In this document: positions 46,730 through 58,843 of the stretch, piece after piece
Numbering within the stretch: position 1 is the stretch's first letter
How the letters are laid out: every line of letters starts with the position of its first letter
Assembly: GCA_040219255.1 (NCBI GenBank)
Contig: JAVJSW010000033.1
Location: 12,675 to 76,674, forward strand
Origin: Sumerlaeia bacterium
GTDB taxonomy: Bacteria > Sumerlaeota > Sumerlaeia > SLMS01 > JAHLLQ01
Length of the DNA: 64,000 bases
Direction: 5' to 3'
Position numbers and translations under genes: made by a program
Notes under the pieces: model-generated
What the model saw: the letters and a program-made list of their open reading frames with translations, nothing else
Told to the model about the DNA's origin: nothing
Database searches by the model: none

Positions 46730-48160
46730 ATGCCCAAACGCCTCCTCCTTGCGCTTTTTCTCCTGACCTGTGCGTGCAGTTCCTCGGCGCAGCAGAGCAA
46801 GACTCCGCGCCCGGACACGTCGGGCATCGATGGGGCGGCGCTTTACCAACGCTATTGCGCGGGGTGTCACGGGTCGGAGCATCAGGGCGCTTCGGCCAGC
46901 AGTCTGGCCGATAACACATGGAAGTACGGGGCGGCGGCCGCCGATTTTTTCCGCAACACGAAGCGAGGCATCATCCAGGAAGGGATGCCGGCTTTTGGGG
47001 GCGGGTTGTCCGATGCGGAAATCTGGGCCATCGCGGAGTATGTGGAGCAGGTGGAACCGGCGCGGGAGGCGCCTCCAGAGACGCGACAGCTCGATAATCT
47101 CCGGACGCTCGACTACGTGGTCGGGGTCGAGGTCTGGGTCGATGGGGTGGACCAACCGTGGGGGATGACGTTTGTCAGCCCGACGCGCGCCCTTTTCACG
47201 GAAAAGGCCGGGCGGCTGCGCGTGGTGGAAAACGGCCGGCTCCTGCGCGAGCCCGTGGCGGACACGCCCCGCGTCGATTCCGGGGGCCAGGGAGGTCTGC
47301 TGGATGTGGCGGTCGATGCCAGCCATCACGAGAATGGCTGGGTGTATTTGGCCTATTCCCATGCGGCGGGATCCCGGGCGATGACCCGCATTGTGCGCGG
47401 CAAGATCGCCGACAATCGCTGGACCGGCGAGGAGGTTCTCTGGGAGGCGCGGGGCGATCATTACGTTCGGGGCGGGCGGCACTTTGGGTCGCGGATTGTC
47501 TTCGGGCCAGACGATGGCATGCTCTACTTCGCTGTCGGTGACCGGGGCCAGCGCCACGATGCGCAACGGCTCGACCGCCCCAACGGCAAGATCCACCGCA
47601 TCGCGCCCGATGGCTCGATTCCGCCGGATAATCCGTTTGTGGGTCAGGATGACGTGTACGAGTCGATCTGGAGCTATGGCCATCGCAACCCGCAGGGCCT
47701 GGACTTTCACCCTGCCACGGGCGATCTGTGGTCCGTGGAACACGGCCCCCGCGGTGGCGACGAGCTGAACAAGATCGAAAAGGCCGTGAATTATGGATGG
47801 CCGGTGATTACGTACGGAATTGAATACAGCGGAGGTCTCATCACCTCCGTGCGCGAGAAGGAAGGCTATGCGCAGCCGAATTGGTACTGGCGCCCTTCGC
47901 CCGCTCCCTGCGGGATGGCGTTCTATTCCGGCGAGCTGTTTCCCTATTGGAAAGGGCGGGCGATGGTGGCTCAACTGCGCGACGAAGATGTTCGCCTGAT
48001 GGACATCTACGAGGACCGCGTCCTGCACGAAGAGATTCTGCTGGACGGCCTGGCCCGCACCCGCGACGTCCAGATCGGCCCCGGAGGCGAAATCTACGTT
48101 CTCCAGGAGCAGCCAGGGCGGATTCTCAGACTGGTGCCGATTCGCGAGGAGCCGATTTAA
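46730..48160 (+). CDS. Cytochrome c fused to PQQ-dependent glucose/sorbosone dehydrogenase
   Basis: CAGCHG heme motif with distal MP; GQGGLLDV, HFGSRI, YGHRNPQG, EHGPRGGDELN, NYGWP. Confidence 0.92.
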   Translation: MPKRLLLALFLLTCACSSSAQQSKTPRPDTSGIDGAALYQRYCAGCHGSEHQGASASSLADNTWKYGAAAADFFRNTKRGIIQEGMPAFGGGLSDAEIWAIAEYVEQVEPAREAPPETRQLDNLRTLDYVVGVEVWVDGVDQPWGMTFVSPTRALFTEKAGRLRVVENGRLLREPVADTPRVDSGGQGGLLDVAVDASHHENGWVYLAYSHAAGSRAMTRIVRGKIADNRWTGEEVLWEARGDHYVRGGRHFGSRIVFGPDDGMLYFAVGDRGQRHDAQRLDRPNGKIHRIAPDGSIPPDNPFVGQDDVYESIWSYGHRNPQGLDFHPATGDLWSVEHGPRGGDELNKIEKAVNYGWPVITYGIEYSGGLITSVREKEGYAQPNWYWRPSPAPCGMAFYSGELFPYWKGRAMVAQLRDEDVRLMDIYEDRVLHEEILLDGLARTRDVQIGPGGEIYVLQEQPGRILRLVPIREEPI

Positions 48161-48577
48161 CCCCTCCCGCTCTCACACACCCCAAGAACAAGTCAGGTCC
48201 GTTGGGTGCTAACTTCATTGGCGCCAACCATCGAAGCCCATTTCGACGAGAGCTTGACCATGGCGCACCCTGCACAACCCACCTTCGCGTTTCAACCCCG
48301 GCGCCCTGTTCCTCGGGCAGTCTGACCGCGTGTATGATTTTCTCGTCCGCACCGGCGGCCGCTGTTTCACCGCCGGCCGCGATCCGTGCTTTGTCCAACA
48401 TTCGGTCGAGTCTCTCGTGCGCCCGCGATGTGGAGAAGGCGCGGCGGCGGTTCCATGGCCGCTTGGTGAAAACCCCTCCTTGCGGCTTTCCGCCGGGCGG
48501 CGCAGGGTTTGCTCTGAGGGGGCGGCTGGGGTGCTTTGGCCCCAATTCCCTCGTCGATTTCCCGGGTCCGCCGATTC

Positions 48578-50350
48578 ATGCGCCTTTCCATTCTCCGCCC
48601 CATCCAGGTGTTTTTCGCGCTGCTGCCGTTCGTGGTCAGTTTCCTGCGCGATTACCGGGGCTTTCTGGTGGCGGGGGCGCCGCGGAAATTGACCAAGCCT
48701 CAGCATCGGCGCCGGGCGCGCAAGCTGACCGATACGATGGGCAGCCTGGGGCCGGCGTTCATCAAGGGCATCCAGGTGCTGGCGACCCGCGAGGACGTGC
48801 TGCCGCCGGAGTATACCGACGAGTTCAAGACGCTGCAGGACCGCGTGCCGCCTTTTCCGACGAAGAAGGCGCTGGCGATTCTGGAGGAGGCGTGGGGGCG
48901 GGCTCCGCTGGCGGTGCTGGAAAGTTTCGACGAGGAGCCGTTGGCGGCGGCGAGCCTGGGGCAGGTGCACCGGGCGCACTACCGGGGCCAGGAAGTGGCC
49001 GTGAAAATCCTGAGGCCGGGGGTGCGCGAAATCGTCGACGTGGACCTGCGGACCGTGGTGCGGCTGGGGCGCCTGTTCCAGTTCTTCGTCGACACCCCAT
49101 ATATGGAGAGCTTCTGGAGCATCATGGCGGAATTCCGGCGCATGATTTTCCAGGAGATGGATTTCACGAACGAGGAAAAGCACGCGAATCGGCTGCGCGA
49201 GAACTTCCGCGACGAACCCCGCGTGATCATTCCGGCGATTTTCGGCGAGCTGACGACGCCGCAAACGGTGGTGATGGAGTTCATGCGCGGGTGCCGGGTG
49301 GACGATCCGGAGGCGCTGGAGCAGAGTCACAGCTCGGCCCGGGAAATCCTGGATCTGATGATCCGCACCTACCTGAAGATGACGGTGATCGATGGCTTCA
49401 TCCACGCCGACCCGCATCCGGGCAATCTGCTGGTCGACGATCAGGGGCGGCTGGTGATTCTGGATTATGGGATGGCGTTGGATTTCGGCGATCGGATCAA
49501 GAGCGAGTTGCTGGGTGGCTGCTTCGCGCTGGTGCGCGGCGATGTCGAGAGCCTGGTGGATTCCTTCTACCGCCTCAAGATGGTGTCGCCGGAGACGAAT
49601 CGAGCCGTCGTGCGCGACGCGGCGGAGGCGCTGCTGGAGATTCAACTGCGCGACGATTTCAACCCGCGCATGATCCAGGAAGTCATCGACGACATCCTGC
49701 ACACGTTCCACAGCTTCCCGCTGCGATTGCCCCAGCAGCTCGTCTATCTGTTCCGGGCGTCGGCGCTGGTCGAAGGCATCGGCATGCGCTACGACCCGCA
49801 TTTCAGCTCGATCCGCGAAGCGAAGCCGATCCTGCAGGAAATGATGAAGGACGTGGTGCTCGATTCGCGCCAGGGCTGGAAAGAGCAAGCCAAAGACACG
49901 GCGAACACGGCGCTGCGGACGTTGCGGTATGGGGCGCGGGTGGTGGCGCGGCTGGAGCGCGAGGAGTTGCGGGTGCGGGTGCACGGCGCGGACATGGACG
50001 CGCTCGAGGGGTTTTTCCGGTCGCTGCTCCGGCGGGGGCTGACGGGCCTGGCGTGCCTGGCGCTGACGATCGTGGGGGCGGTGGCCGCCATGGATGTGGA
50101 CCATTGGTGGCCGCTGGTGGCGCTGGTGCTGCCGGGGGTGATCGGCTTGCTGCTGGCGCTGGCGCTGCCGTTCCGGCGCAAGGCGACGTGGCTGCCGTGG
50201 GACGCGAGCGAGGACCCGTTCATGAAAATGCAGGTGGAGCGATTCCAGGAGCGGGTGGCCAAGGCGGCGCGGGAGGCGGGCTTTCCGGGGGATTCGGAAG
50301 ACGATGGGGCGGGTGGGAAAGAGCCCGGCGGGGAGAAAAGCTCGTCATAG
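48578..50350 (+). CDS. ABC1/UbiB/AarF family kinase-like protein
   Basis: LGPAFIK..Q, LQDRVPP, AAASLGQVHRA, VAVK, HADPHPGN, LDYGM. Confidence 0.92.
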   Translation: MRLSILRPIQVFFALLPFVVSFLRDYRGFLVAGAPRKLTKPQHRRRARKLTDTMGSLGPAFIKGIQVLATREDVLPPEYTDEFKTLQDRVPPFPTKKALAILEEAWGRAPLAVLESFDEEPLAAASLGQVHRAHYRGQEVAVKILRPGVREIVDVDLRTVVRLGRLFQFFVDTPYMESFWSIMAEFRRMIFQEMDFTNEEKHANRLRENFRDEPRVIIPAIFGELTTPQTVVMEFMRGCRVDDPEALEQSHSSAREILDLMIRTYLKMTVIDGFIHADPHPGNLLVDDQGRLVILDYGMALDFGDRIKSELLGGCFALVRGDVESLVDSFYRLKMVSPETNRAVVRDAAEALLEIQLRDDFNPRMIQEVIDDILHTFHSFPLRLPQQLVYLFRASALVEGIGMRYDPHFSSIREAKPILQEMMKDVVLDSRQGWKEQAKDTANTALRTLRYGARVVARLEREELRVRVHGADMDALEGFFRSLLRRGLTGLACLALTIVGAVAAMDVDHWWPLVALVLPGVIGLLLALALPFRRKATWLPWDASEDPFMKMQVERFQERVAKAAREAGFPGDSEDDGAGGKEPGGEKSSS

Positions 50351-50536
50351 TGGCGGGTGGAAAACCCGAGCGGAAAAGGCTTTGATCGGTCCAATCAGGA
50401 TTTTTAGGCGGAAAGACTCGGAAAATCCTTTGAGAAGCCGGGTGGCTTTTCGTAACTTCTTCTGCCCTTGCGTCGTCTTGCGTCCATCACCGCGGCCGGC
50501 GACTGGGAATCATACACCATTTGTGGGTAGGAAGAC

Positions 50537-53500
50537 ATGGCGCATCGCACCTTGCATGACGGCGGAATGCCGACCGCTCCCGGGGCTCAGGGCCTCTACG
50601 ATCCTCAGTTCGAGCACGACAACTGTGGCGTTGGCTTTGTCTGCCATATCAAAGGCAAGCCGAGCCACCAGATCATCGAGCAGGGTCTGGAGTTGTTGCA
50701 GAATCTGGACCACCGCGGCGCCCGCGGGTGCGATCCGTGCAGCGGCGACGGGGCCGGCATGCTCGTTTCCATGCCGGACAAGTTTTTCCGCCGCGCCTGC
50801 CTGGAGGAGATGGGCGTTTCCCTCCCCAAGCCCGGCGAATACGCCGTGGCCACCGTGTTCCTGCCCCGCAACAAGAGCCATCGGGCCCAGCACGAGCTGA
50901 TGCTCGAGAAGTTCATCAACGATTACGACATGCAGATCCTGGGCTGGCGCAACGTGCCGGTGAACAGCGACTGCCTCGGCGTTCTCTCGCGCGCCAGCGA
51001 ACCGGTCATCCGGCAGCTTTTCGTCGGCATGCGGCCCCAGTTCTACAACCGCCGCGATTTCGAGCGCCGTCTCTACCTGGTTCGTCAGCGCGCCGAAAAC
51101 CAGTCCGACCACCTGAACATGCCCGGCGCCGAGTCCTTCTACATCACGGCCTTCTCGACGAACCGCCTCGTGCTCAAGGGCATGCTGACGACCGATCAGC
51201 TGCGCGAGTATTTCCTCGATTTTTCCGCCCCCGATTTTGAAAGCCATCTGGCGCTCGTTCACTCGCGCTTCTCCACCAACACCTTCCCCGCGTGGAAGCT
51301 GGCACACCCCTACCGTTACCTGGCGCACAACGGCGAAATCAACGCCCTGCGCGGCAACCGCAACGCCATGCACGCGCGCTTTGGCGCGATGAAGTCCGAC
51401 GTGTTCGGCACCGAGTTCGAGAAACTCTTCCCGCTTTTCACCGAGAGCCTGTCCGACTCGGCGACGCTCGACGCGGCGCTCCAGTTCCTGACCGTGAACG
51501 GCCGCAGCCTGTGTCACTCGATGCTGATGCTGATCCCGGAAGCCTGGGCCCATAACGAACACATGGATCCGGACCTGAAAGCCTTCTACGAGTACCACGC
51601 CTGCTTCATGGAGCCCTGGGATGGCCCCGCGGCCATCGCCTTCACCGATGGCACCCGCATTGGCGCGGTGCTCGACCGCAACGGTCTGCGCCCCGCCCGC
51701 TATGTGGAAACGCACGACGACCTGATCATCATGGCTTCGGAAGTGGGCGTCATCGACGTGCCCCAGGAGCGCATCCGCCGCAAGTGGCGCCTCCAGCCGG
51801 GCCGCATCTTCCTGGTCGATACGGAGCTAGGCCGAATCGTGGACGACGAGGAGATCAAAGGCGATCTGCTGGACAAGCGTCCGTGGAAAGCCTGGGTCGA
51901 CAAGAACCTGAAGTATATCGGCGATCTGCCCCTGCCGGCCCAGATGCCCGAGCACAAGGAAGAGGATCTGCGCACTCGCCAACTGGCCTTCGGTTACACC
52001 GTCGAGGACCTGCGCCTGCTGCTGACCCCGATGGTGAACACGGGCAAGGAAGCGATCGGGTCGATGGGGCATGACGCGCCGCTGGCGTGTCTGTCCGAGC
52101 GGCCGCAGTTGCTCTACAACTACTTCAAGCAGCTCTTCGCCCAAGTGACCAACCCGCCGCTCGACGCGATCCGCGAGGAGATCGTGACGTCGCTGGTCAC
52201 GTATGTGGGCAACGAAGGCAACCTGCTGGAGGAAACCCCCAGCCATGCGCGCCTGATCCGCCTGGAGACGCCGGTTCTGACGAACCACCAAATCGAACGG
52301 CTGCGGGCCCAGCGGAGCGGTCAACATAAGGCCGTGACGCTGCCCATGCTGTATAACGTGGCGGACGGCGTGGCGGGTCTGCGGGAAGCGATCACGAGCC
52401 TTCGCCGCGGTGCCCAGCAGGCCATCAAGAACGGTGCCGCCGTGGTGATCCTGTCGGACCGGGGCGTGTGCCGCGAGAAAGCCCCCATCCCGAGCCTCTT
52501 GGCGACGGCGGCGGTGCATCACTATCTGATCAAGAAGGGCAGCCGCGCCCGCGCCGGTCTGGTGATCGAGAGCGCGGAAGCCCGCGAAGTGCACCATTTC
52601 TGTCTGTTGATCGGTTACGGCGCCCAGGCGGTGAACCCGTACCTGGTGTTCGATTCGATCGAAGCGCTCTATAACCGGGGCGAGTTCAAGGAAGGACTGT
52701 CGCTCGAGCAGGCGGAGGCGAACTTCGTCAATGCGATCGACAAGGGGCTGCTGAAGGTGGCCTCGAAGATGGGGATTTCGACGATCCAGAGCTATCGCGG
52801 GGCGCAAATCTTCGAAGCCATCGGCTTGAGCAAGTCGCTCGTGGACGAGTTTTTCATCGGCACGGCGTCGCGCATCAACGGCATCGGGCTGGAAGTGATC
52901 GCGGAGGAATGCCGCCGGCGTCATCGCCGCGCGTACCCGTTCTCCAGCGCCCGCGACGAAGTCCTCGACAGCGGGGGCAATTACCAGTGGCGCGCCGACG
53001 GCGAGTACCACCAATGGAATCCCGAATCCATCGCGAAGCTGCAGCACAGCACGAAGGTGAACGATTACGCGTCGTTCAAGGATTTCTCGCGCCTGATCAA
53101 CGAGGACAACGAGAAGCACTGCACGTTGCGTGGCCTGATGAAGTTCCGCAGCCGCGGTCCCATTTCCATCGATGAGGTGGAACCGGCGAAGACGATCGTG
53201 CGGCGTTTCACCACCGGCGCGATGTCGTTGGGGGCCATCGGTCCGGAGGCGCACGAAGCGCTGGCCATCGCCATGAATCAGTTGGGCGCCAAGTCCAACA
53301 CCGGCGAAGGCGGCGAAGACCCGGGCCGCTTCGTGGACAACCGGCGCTCGGCCATCAAGCAGGTGGCCTCGGGCCGCTTTGGCGTGACGACCGAGTACCT
53401 GGTGAACAGCGATCAGGTTCAGATCAAGATGGCGCAGGGCGCCAAGCCCGGCGAGGGCGGCCAGTTACCCGGCCATAAGGTCAACGAGATGATCGCCAAG

Positions 53501-55132
53501 CTGCGGCACTCGACGCCCGGTGTGGGCCTGATCAGTCCGCCGCCGCACCACGACATTTACTCCATCGAAGACCTGGCCCAACTGATTCACGACCTGAAGA
53601 ACGTGAATCCCAAGGCGCGCATCAGCGTGAAGCTGGTGAGCGAAGTGGGCGTGGGCACGGTGGCCGCCGGCGTGGCCAAGGCCAAGGCGGATCACATCCT
53701 GATCAGCGGCGACGGCGGCGGCACCGGCGCCAGCCCTCTGACGTCGATCAAGCACGCGGGCATTCCGTGGGAGCTGGGCCTGGCGGAAACGCAACAGGTG
53801 CTGGTGATGAACGACCTGCGCAGCCGCGTGATTATCGAGACCGACGGTCAGATCAAGACCGGCCGCGACGTCGCCATCGCCGCGCTCCTGGGCGCCGAGG
53901 AGTTCGGTTTCTCGACCGCTCCGCTGATCGTCGAGGGCTGCGTGATGATGCGCGTGTGCCACCTGAACACCTGCCCCGTGGGCGTGGCGACTCAGGACCC
54001 GGTGCTGCGCGCGAAGTTCGCCGGCGTGCCGGAGCACGTGGTGAACTATTTCTTCTTCGTGGCCGAAGAACTGCGCGAGCACATGGCGGAAATGGGTTTC
54101 CGCACGGTGGACGAGATGATCGGCCGCAGCGACATGATCGCGTTCACGCCGCCGGAAGGGCACTGGAAGGCGGCGAACCTGGATTTCTCGGCGATTCTCT
54201 TCCAGCCCGCGGAAGCGGAGCACGTTCCGGTGCGCTGGACCCAGAAGCAGGATCACGGGCTCTCGGGCGCGCTGGACAACCGGCTCCTCGAGTTGGCCGA
54301 ACCGGCGCTCGAGCGGGGCGAGAGGGTCAGCTTCCATGTTCCGATCCGCAACATCAACCGCTCTGTGGGCGCCATGCTGTCCGGCACCATTGCCAAGAAG
54401 CACGGTCTCGGCGGCATGCCCGACGGCACGATCGACGTGCGGATGAACGGCAGCGCGGGAAACAGCTTCGGCGCCTTCCTGGCCCACGGCGTGACGTTCT
54501 CTCTGGAGGGCGACGCGAACGATTACCTGGGCAAGGGCCTGTGCGGCGGTCGCGTCATCCTGCGCAAACCGGCGGAAGCCCCCATCAAGGCGGAGGAAAA
54601 CATCATCGCCGGCAACGTCATCTGCTACGGCGCCACGGCGGGCGAGGTCTACATCAACGGCGTGGTGGGCGAGCGCTTCTGCGTGCGGAACTCCGGCGCT
54701 CTGGCGGTGGTGGAAGGCGTGGGCGATCACGCCTGCGAGTACATGACCGGCGGCCGGGCGGTGATCCTGGGTCCGACAGGACGCAATCTGGCGGCGGGCA
54801 TGAGCGGCGGCATCGCCTATGTGCACGACCCGTTGGACCGGCTGAAGATCAACTGCAACATGGAGATGGTGGAGCTGGAGGAACTCGGCGACGAAGACGT
54901 CGTCGCTCTGCGCTCCCTCATCGAGAAACACGTGCAGTACACCGGCAGCGAAGTGGGCCGATATATCCTGGACAATTGGGACCAGGAATTGGCATTCTTC
55001 ACCAAGGTGATGCCGACCGACTACAAGCGGGTGCTTCAACAGCGCGATGCCCTGGCGGAAGGCGCCACGTTGGTCGAGGGGGGACAATCTCCCCAGCCAC
55101 CGAAAGCGCTGAAGCACCAGCCCAACCAATAA
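50537..55132 (+). CDS. gltB: Glutamate synthase large subunit
   Basis: [58 protein letters not shown]. Confidence 0.98.
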   Translation: MAHRTLHDGGMPTAPGAQGLYDPQFEHDNCGVGFVCHIKGKPSHQIIEQGLELLQNLDHRGARGCDPCSGDGAGMLVSMPDKFFRRACLEEMGVSLPKPGEYAVATVFLPRNKSHRAQHELMLEKFINDYDMQILGWRNVPVNSDCLGVLSRASEPVIRQLFVGMRPQFYNRRDFERRLYLVRQRAENQSDHLNMPGAESFYITAFSTNRLVLKGMLTTDQLREYFLDFSAPDFESHLALVHSRFSTNTFPAWKLAHPYRYLAHNGEINALRGNRNAMHARFGAMKSDVFGTEFEKLFPLFTESLSDSATLDAALQFLTVNGRSLCHSMLMLIPEAWAHNEHMDPDLKAFYEYHACFMEPWDGPAAIAFTDGTRIGAVLDRNGLRPARYVETHDDLIIMASEVGVIDVPQERIRRKWRLQPGRIFLVDTELGRIVDDEEIKGDLLDKRPWKAWVDKNLKYIGDLPLPAQMPEHKEEDLRTRQLAFGYTVEDLRLLLTPMVNTGKEAIGSMGHDAPLACLSERPQLLYNYFKQLFAQVTNPPLDAIREEIVTSLVTYVGNEGNLLEETPSHARLIRLETPVLTNHQIERLRAQRSGQHKAVTLPMLYNVADGVAGLREAITSLRRGAQQAIKNGAAVVILSDRGVCREKAPIPSLLATAAVHHYLIKKGSRARAGLVIESAEAREVHHFCLLIGYGAQAVNPYLVFDSIEALYNRGEFKEGLSLEQAEANFVNAIDKGLLKVASKMGISTIQSYRGAQIFEAIGLSKSLVDEFFIGTASRINGIGLEVIAEECRRRHRRAYPFSSARDEVLDSGGNYQWRADGEYHQWNPESIAKLQHSTKVNDYASFKDFSRLINEDNEKHCTLRGLMKFRSRGPISIDEVEPAKTIVRRFTTGAMSLGAIGPEAHEALAIAMNQLGAKSNTGEGGEDPGRFVDNRRSAIKQVASGRFGVTTEYLVNSDQVQIKMAQGAKPGEGGQLPGHKVNEMIAKLRHSTPGVGLISPPPHHDIYSIEDLAQLIHDLKNVNPKARISVKLVSEVGVGTVAAGVAKAKADHILISGDGGGTGASPLTSIKHAGIPWELGLAETQQVLVMNDLRSRVIIETDGQIKTGRDVAIAALLGAEEFGFSTAPLIVEGCVMMRVCHLNTCPVGVATQDPVLRAKFAGVPEHVVNYFFFVAEELREHMAEMGFRTVDEMIGRSDMIAFTPPEGHWKAANLDFSAILFQPAEAEHVPVRWTQKQDHGLSGALDNRLLELAEPALERGERVSFHVPIRNINRSVGAMLSGTIAKKHGLGGMPDGTIDVRMNGSAGNSFGAFLAHGVTFSLEGDANDYLGKGLCGGRVILRKPAEAPIKAEENIIAGNVICYGATAGEVYINGVVGERFCVRNSGALAVVEGVGDHACEYMTGGRAVILGPTGRNLAAGMSGGIAYVHDPLDRLKINCNMEMVELEELGDEDVVALRSLIEKHVQYTGSEVGRYILDNWDQELAFFTKVMPTDYKRVLQQRDALAEGATLVEGGQSPQPPKALKHQPNQ

Positions 55133-55184
55133 GGAGTCAGGCGGCGGACCCGGCAGACAACGACTCGAGGGAGTGAAGCCGGCC

Positions 55185-56630
55185 ATGGGTAAGCCAACGG
55201 GATTTCTGGAACAGCCACGGGAGGAACCGCCCTACCGGCCCGTGGAAGAACGCGTCAACGACTGGCGGGACGTCTATGCCGACGTCCCCGTCGAAACGGT
55301 GCGCAAGCAGGCGAGCCGCTGCATGGACTGCGGGATTCCGTTCTGCAATCAGGGATGTCCGCTCGGGAATCTGATTCCCGAGTGGAACGACCTGATTTAC
55401 CGCGATCTGTGGCGCGAAGCGCTGGACGCGCTTCTGAAAACGAACAACTTCCCCGAATTCACCGGAACCATTTGCCCCGCTCCATGCGAGTCCGCCTGCG
55501 TCCTGGCGATCAACGACGACCCCGTGACGATCAAGATGTCCGAGTGGAACATCATCAAGCGCGCTTGGGACGAGGGCTGGATGGTGCCCAATCCTCCCAC
55601 GCGGCGCACCGGCAAGCGGGTGGCGGTCATCGGCAGCGGGCCGGCGGGCCTGGCGGCCGCCGATCAGCTCAACAAAGCCGGCCATTACGTGACCGTTTTC
55701 GAGCGCTCGCAGCGTCCCGGGGGCCTGCTGACCTTCGGCATTCCGGACTTCAAACTGGAAAAACCGGTGGTGGAACGTCGCCTGAAGCTGATGGAGGACG
55801 AGGGCGTTATCTTCCGCTGCGGCGTGGGCGTCGGCGTGGACGTCGCGATGGTGGAAATCGAACGCAACTTCGACGCGGTGGTGCTCGCGCTGGGCTCCAC
55901 CAAGCCGCGGGACCTGCCGATTCCCGGGCGCGAACTGGTGGGGATTCATTACGCCATGGATTTCCTCACCGCCCAAAACGAGGTCATCTACGGGGATCTG
56001 CCAGAGGGAAAACCCCACATCGATGTGCGCGACAAGCACGTCGTCATCATCGGCGGCGGCGACACGGCGAGCGATTGCCTCGGCACGGCGAACCGGCAGG
56101 GCGCCAGATCGGTCACCGTGCTGGATTACAACCTCAAGCCGGGCGAGTCGCGCCCCGTGATGAACCCCTGGCCCGAATGGCCCATGACGTACTCCGAGTC
56201 CTCGAGCTTCAAGGAGGGTGGCCAGCGCAAGTTCGCCGTGCTGACCAAGGAGTTCCTCGGCGACGGCGAAGGGCACCTGCGAGCGATGCGGCTCTGCGAG
56301 GTGGATTGGGAATTCGGCCCCGACGGCCGGAAAACCCGAATGTTCGAACGGGAAGATTCGTCCTTTGAAATTCCCGCCGACCACGTGTTTCTGGCGATCG
56401 GCTATTTGCATCCGGAGAAGCGCGGGCCAATTTCGGAATGGGGGCTGGAGATCGACCGCCGCGGAAACGTGAAGACCGACGCCACCTATCGGACCTCGCG
56501 CGAGGGCGTCTTCGCCGCGGGCGATTGCCGCCGGGGTCAGAGCCTGGTGGTCTGGGCCATCGCGGAAGGCCGTAAAGCGGCCCGCGCCTGCGATCTGCAC
56601 CTGATGGGCGAGAGCGATCTGCGGGGGTGA
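55185..56630 (+). CDS. gltD: Glutamate synthase small subunit
   Basis: MGKPTGF, RCMDCGIPFC, GSGPAGLA, GDCRRGQSLVVWAI.EGR. Confidence 0.97.
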   Translation: MGKPTGFLEQPREEPPYRPVEERVNDWRDVYADVPVETVRKQASRCMDCGIPFCNQGCPLGNLIPEWNDLIYRDLWREALDALLKTNNFPEFTGTICPAPCESACVLAINDDPVTIKMSEWNIIKRAWDEGWMVPNPPTRRTGKRVAVIGSGPAGLAAADQLNKAGHYVTVFERSQRPGGLLTFGIPDFKLEKPVVERRLKLMEDEGVIFRCGVGVGVDVAMVEIERNFDAVVLALGSTKPRDLPIPGRELVGIHYAMDFLTAQNEVIYGDLPEGKPHIDVRDKHVVIIGGGDTASDCLGTANRQGARSVTVLDYNLKPGESRPVMNPWPEWPMTYSESSSFKEGGQRKFAVLTKEFLGDGEGHLRAMRLCEVDWEFGPDGRKTRMFEREDSSFEIPADHVFLAIGYLHPEKRGPISEWGLEIDRRGNVKTDATYRTSREGVFAAGDCRRGQSLVVWAIAEGRKAARACDLHLMGESDLRG

Positions 56631-56659
56631 GGCGGGACTCGCGCCCCTCTTCGCGAAAA

Positions 56660-56703
56660 TCCCCCGGCGAAAGCGCTTCTCGATGAAGCCCTTCGCCGGG
56701 GGA
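56660..56703. terminator. Hairpin between convergent gltD and GH66 genes
   Basis: TCCCCCGGCGAA...TTCGCCGGGGGA inverted repeat. Confidence 0.6.
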
Positions 56704-56737
56704 GCCTATGGTGCCGAGCTTCGCATGACGCGGGCGA

Positions 56738-58636
56738 TTAGAAATGCCGCTCCAGCCAAACCATGGTCCAGTACTTATACTGCGGCAGGGTGAACTTCAC
56801 GTACCACTTGCCTTCGTTCGAATCCCAGTGGCGGGTGTAGTTGGTGACTTCGACCGCCTTGCCGCTGTCGAAATCGGGCGAGGCGTACCAGACTTTCGAC
56901 GAACCCCAATCGTTGTCGTAGTACAGGCGCACTTCTTTGTTCGTCAACGTGGCGGGCGGGTTGAAATCGCCATAGGGGTCGCGCCAGGTTGTATGGTTGC
57001 AGCTTCGCAGATTGATGAAATGGGCGATGTCGTAATAGTTGACGCCATCGTAGCCATCGCGCCATTTGGCCAGTTTCCAGACACGATTCTTCGTGCCATC
57101 GTAACCGCTGGCCACACCGCCGAGATCGAAGTCCACTCGCTTATTGCCGTCGTACACGTTGTCGCGCAGGAGATTCTCGTAGGCGACGGCGAAATCGTAG
57201 TAGCGGCGCAGTTGGCTCTTGAGCGAACTGGACATGACCAGATTCTTGTTGGGAAAATATTCGTTCGAGAGCAGATGCTCTCCATCGCCGAGTTCGATGT
57301 GCCATCCGCCACAGGCGAAAATCACCGCGTCCGCCAGGAGAATGGACGCTTCCTTGAAGGTGCCGGGGCTGCCTCCGGAGTAGTTCTTCGACCGCTCGTA
57401 ATTCATGTAACCAGCGATGACCATATTCTTCGCGGTGCGGCCCTGGTTCGCGGTCAGGATTTGCTTCAGGTCGTAGAAGTCGTTCTCGTCGCCTTCGCCC
57501 CACAGCTCGGAATAGATGAAATCCACCTGGGCGTTCTGGGCCACCTGCGACTCACCGTAGTTCGAGACGGTGTTGACGACGTAGTCCTTGTCGTGTCCGA
57601 CTTGGTCCCGGATGTTGTTGATGAAGGCGGGGTACTCCTGGTCATAGTGCAAGGTGTTCTTGTTCCAGTCGTACAGCGTCCCCCGGCTTCCGAGCGTATC
57701 GATGTGCCAGCCGTCGAAATCGAAATTAGCGAAAACATGATTGAAATCGTCGGCCATCCAGTCACGCCATCCCTGGTGGCGGATGTTGAACAGATAGATC
57801 TTGTTCGTCTCCCAGCCGGGGATGTTCAGAGGGTGGTAGTCCTGGTCGGAGGGATCGTAGGTGCCGCTTTGCCAATGGGTAAAGGCGCCCCAAGACACCT
57901 GTACGCCATCGTTCCAGTATTCATCGTAGGCGCCAAACATCAATTGGTACGCCATGGCCGTCATATTGTAGGAGTGACCTTTCGAGATCAGTTCCTGGAT
58001 TTTGGCCTTCGAAACCCAAGGGTCGCGCCGGGCGATGTCCTGCCAGTACTGGAATCCGGGGAAGTACTGAATGTGATGCTCGTCGGCCCAGTCGTAGTAC
58101 TGGATACCGTTGATCTTGTACTTGCGCATCTTGCCGATCAGATCGTTGACGTTCACATTGTCGTGAAACTCTGTCAAGTATCCGTAACGGGGGAACTTCG
58201 TCCAGTCGTTGGAGACGTCGAAACTGGTGGATGAAACGTCGGTCGCGCCGCCGCTGTCCTTCCAGCACCACACCTCGGCCAGATAGCCGCGGTGGTTGGC
58301 CGATCCCATGCTGAAGTTGAAGGTCAGCGTCTTGGACGAACCGTTGCCGAAACTGACGTACTGGTGCTGATCTTTGTTCAGGTTCCGCCCCAGATGGCGG
58401 GGGTACACGCCGATGTTGCCGCTCCACCAGGAGCCGGTCGTGTTCTTCAGATGAACCTTCACCTGCACCGTTTCCCAGGTCTTGTACTGGGCCTTCACGG
58501 TGTAAACGTCGGTGATCAGTGGGGCGGCCGCCACCGAGGCGGTAAAGAGGAGGAGGAAAACGGTGGCGAGAAGCGTTGTCAGGAGAGGGCGCGAGCGCGC
58601 GAGTGAGCTGGTGAGACGAGTATTCATAAAGCTCAT
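56738..58636 (-). CDS. Secreted glycoside hydrolase family 66 (dextranase / cycloisomaltooligosaccharide glucanotransferase)
   Basis: DVSNDWTKFPRYGYL, INGIQYYDW, FDGWHIDTLG, YMNY, HIELG, NEYFPN, YYDFAVAYENLL, YASPD. Confidence 0.9.
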   Translation of the reverse strand: MSFMNTRLTSSLARSRPLLTTLLATVFLLLFTASVAAAPLITDVYTVKAQYKTWETVQVKVHLKNTTGSWWSGNIGVYPRHLGRNLNKDQHQYVSFGNGSSKTLTFNFSMGSANHRGYLAEVWCWKDSGGATDVSSTSFDVSNDWTKFPRYGYLTEFHDNVNVNDLIGKMRKYKINGIQYYDWADEHHIQYFPGFQYWQDIARRDPWVSKAKIQELISKGHSYNMTAMAYQLMFGAYDEYWNDGVQVSWGAFTHWQSGTYDPSDQDYHPLNIPGWETNKIYLFNIRHQGWRDWMADDFNHVFANFDFDGWHIDTLGSRGTLYDWNKNTLHYDQEYPAFINNIRDQVGHDKDYVVNTVSNYGESQVAQNAQVDFIYSELWGEGDENDFYDLKQILTANQGRTAKNMVIAGYMNYERSKNYSGGSPGTFKEASILLADAVIFACGGWHIELGDGEHLLSNEYFPNKNLVMSSSLKSQLRRYYDFAVAYENLLRDNVYDGNKRVDFDLGGVASGYDGTKNRVWKLAKWRDGYDGVNYYDIAHFINLRSCNHTTWRDPYGDFNPPATLTNKEVRLYYDNDWGSSKVWYASPDFDSGKAVEVTNYTRHWDSNEGKWYVKFTLPQYKYWTMVWLERHF

Positions 58637-58708
58637 GGAGCGTCATCCTTATTTGGGAATGAGGGTGGTGGGAGGATTCAATGACTGTAGCAATAGATTG
58701 GTGGCTTT

Positions 58709-58722
58709 GTCATAGCGCTTAC
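58709..58722. promoter_or_regulatory. LacI-family-like operator, copy 1 (upstream of GH66)
   Basis: GTCATAGCGCTTAC, identical to 60249-60262. Confidence 0.7.
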
Positions 58723-58843
58723 GCAAATCGAACAGGATCGCTCTTCGACGCGCGAGCTGGCTCCCGAATCCGGTTGGGACCGGGGCCGCGGCGTGGGGAC
58801 CGCAAGCCGTGATGAAAAAACGAGACGGACCGGGTGGGGCCGG

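Noticed and set aside
48161-48577. Short ORFs in the gap between the dehydrogenase and UbiB genes
   Set aside because: No recognisable motif or convincing SD; could be a decayed element but cannot be supported.
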